Assembly (NCBI GenBank): GCA_001179505.1
Contig: CDMY01000779.1
Span: forward strand, 1 to 20,617
Reading direction: 5' to 3'
Length of the DNA stretch: 20,617 bases
DNA from: Vitrella brassicaformis CCMP3155
Taxonomy: Eukaryota > Protista > Chromerida
The position numbers and the translations under genes are program-made. The notes below the pieces were generated by a model that did no database searches, was not told the origin of the DNA, and saw only the letters and a program-made list of their open reading frames with translations. Shown here piece after piece: positions 18,760-20,617 of this stretch; position 1 is the first letter of the stretch, and each line of letters starts with the position of its first letter.

Positions 18760-19430
18760 TCCGCAGATATAAAATGGAGGCAGCGATGTCTGACACGCAC
18801 AGAGAGACACAAGACACATGGAGACATGTGTGTATCGGTTCACCTTGATCTGCTTGCTGCCCCTCGTGCGGTGGTCCTCATGCTGTTGGGGCAAGTGGAC
18901 CTTTTGTGATGGTGGCAGCTGCGGCGGGGCGCGGAGGACGACGAAAAGGGCGGATTCGGCGGAGCGGCCACCAGCCGATATGGGCCAGCTCATGCGAGGC
19001 CGGTCGTTGGCTGGGGCCGCTGTTGGCCAATGGGCGAGGACGAAGCCCACCAATGAAGCCCACTGCGAGTTGACGTTGTTGACGAGTCCACAGATATAAA
19101 ATGGAGGCAGCGATGTCTGAAGGCACATGGAGACACAAACGTGTGTCTCAGTCGGGAGATAGACATTCCCGCTTGCCTGCTGACGGCTCACCCCTTGTGG
19201 TCTCCCAGTCACAACTCAGACAGACACGGGCGGGCAGCCGCCCAACGTTTACGTGTTCAGGACGATTCGCTGAATGCTGCAAAAAAGGACGGACGGCATG
19301 AGATACTTACCATCAACGTGCAGATGCATCTCATCCACGCTGTTCAGTGGTCCGCTGTGTGTTCTTACGTGAAGGTGATAGCCGCAAGGGCCAGTGCCCC
19401 GACGAAAACGAGCGAACGAACGAGTTCCAT
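18760..19430 (-). pseudogene. Broken fragment: signal exon, intron A, and two xSLPPFYICG exons
   Basis: A 62-nt phase-2 signal exon at 19430-19369 (MELVRSLVFVGALALAAITFT) is followed by the same intron as in the Sushi gene, but in-frame stops come right after either acceptor. TSLPPFYICG exon starts lie at 19116 and 18789. Confidence 0.5.
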
Positions 19431-19639
19431 GACTGTTGCCTCAGGTCCCAATCCCGAATAAAGTCGATTTGAGATGGGCGACTGCGGTGGGATGCCCTCT
19501 CGGTCGCCCACATGCCGGTGGTCAGCAGCCGTTCCCTGGTGCACAACGACTTCCCCGTCTGCCGTCGGTGCGGGGGCTTGTTGGCGTCCGGGTTCGGGCA
19601 TGAGATGTGGCTAGAGTCGGGCGGGTTGTCGGTATTTCC

Positions 19640-19922
19640 CTCCGCCTTACAGTGTATCCCCGCGATGCCTTGGCAGCAGCGGGCATTCCCTTCCCAGTCT
19701 GGAGCAGACACAACACATACACACGCACTATGGTTGCCGTCCACAGGATCTCTCTCCTTTTTTGTGAATGCATCATGATTTCACCCTCGCAGACCGTCAC
19801 TAAGTGTTGGGGTTGATTTAGCCTGAATGCATAGGCAAACAAGGACGGACGGCATGACATACTTACCATCAACATGCAGATGCATCCCATCCATCCCCCA
19901 CATCCGCTGTGCGTCTTCTTAC
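19640..19922 (-). repeat. Leader-cassette copy lacking its signal exon: intron A (19922-19823), 38-nt mini-exon (19822-19785), intron B (19784-19699), Cys exon DWEGNARCCQGIAGIHCKAE
   Basis: Aligns base by base with 17841-18134 and with 14367-14604. Confidence 0.8.
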
Positions 19923-19932
19923 GTCTTGTCTC

Positions 19933-20352
19933 TTATATGACGCGACGCTTGACATCGCACACCACATGGCACACCCCTTGCCACAGCCTGAAACACACAC
20001 GCCCGATGAGTAAATGATGTGGTGCTGTGTGCGTGTGTATGGAAGGGGTCAGGCGGGATCCTCACCAGGCGACGATGAGGGTGGCGAGAATAGCGAAGGC
20101 GCCAACGTCATCGCAAATATCGTCGAAGTCATCATGGATGATGATGTTACATCGGGCGGTGGGCGGCTGTGGGTGCTGCGGGGGCTGCGGGGCGGCTGGC
20201 TGAGGTGGCTCTTGTGGTTTGTCGGGTGAGGTCTTGTGCTGTCTGTCTTGGCGGCGCTTGAGGAACAGCTGCCGCACACGCCGCCTCTCAATACCCAACC
20301 TGACCCAACCTGAAGGAACACCTTTTGTGTGTGCGCCTACGTAGTCCTGCAT
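19933..20352 (-). CDS. Small hypothetical protein with a Pro/Gln linker and a C-terminal hydrophobic segment
   Basis: ORF 20352-20062 ends GAFAILATLIVA-TG|gtgagg. Splicing to tttcag|G gives WLWQGVCHVVCDVKRRVI* (TAA 19933-19935), which resembles a tail anchor. The start is uncertain and an alternative frame exists. Confidence 0.3.
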
Positions 20353-20617
20353 GTGATTTGTGCATTCCTCACCTTAGTGAAGGGCAGGCATTGCATTGAA
20401 ATGCCCCTACCAACCCACTCTCCGCATTGCTTTTATTGACGACTGCCCATCTCTAGCGAATAAGTCACGTCTCCGTGATGTGCTCCATCTCGAGAGCTCC
20501 GCCCACTCGCTTGGCATAGGTCCTGTGTCGCACAACTTGAAGCTCGATGTCTGCATTGGCACACCTGCAGTGTGATCCTACATATGCATAGGGCAAGAGT
20601 CGAACGTTTCTTGCCTG

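Noticed and set aside
17547-19103. Repeated GATATAAAAT on the plus strand as TATA boxes
   Set aside because: It is the reverse complement of the coding F-Y-I codons of the xSLPxFYICG exon, sitting next to minus-strand acceptors.
1-20617. Prokaryotic operon, transposon or RNA genes
   Set aside because: All recognisable genes are interrupted by spliceosomal introns. No transposase or RT motifs, terminal repeats with target-site duplications, or tRNA/rRNA signatures were seen.

Overview
Intron-dense eukaryotic genomic DNA. Introns are GT-AG, mostly 55-130 nt, and packed with (CA)n/(GT)n/(CT)n/(GGAT)n/(GACA)n microsatellites; exons are GC3-rich. This style, together with the F-box-like orphan family, suggests a chromerid alveolate such as Vitrella brassicaformis (inference only, no database search run). 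Most listed ORFs are exon fragments or antisense shadows, so I rebuilt spliced models by hand and checked phases and lengths. Left to right: (1) F-box-like orphan gene A (154-2102, +); (2) a 12-exon PhoD-family phosphatase with no signal peptide and a C-terminal CaaX box (2488-5103, -); (3) an inverted, frameshifted paralogue B of gene A (5537-7488, -); (4) a type II membrane SAM-dependent methyltransferase (7747-9215, +); (5) a PLP enzyme of the ACC deaminase/D-cysteine desulfhydrase family (9683-11115, +); (6) a secreted or surface Sushi/CCP protein with a 60-bp coding tandem repeat (12490-14666, -); (7) a hypothetical gene with an internal exon+intron duplication (15582-17570, -); (8) a minus-strand patchwork of partial duplications (about 17.7-19.9 kb) that reuses the Sushi gene's signal-exon/intron/mini-exon leader cassette and hides a possible 6-Cys secreted peptide gene. 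The most striking observations are an 85-nt intron that must be spliced in B but retained in A to keep the frame, the shuffled secretion-leader cassette, and the prenylatable cytosolic PhoD. No rRNA, tRNA, CRISPR array or recognisable transposon was seen.
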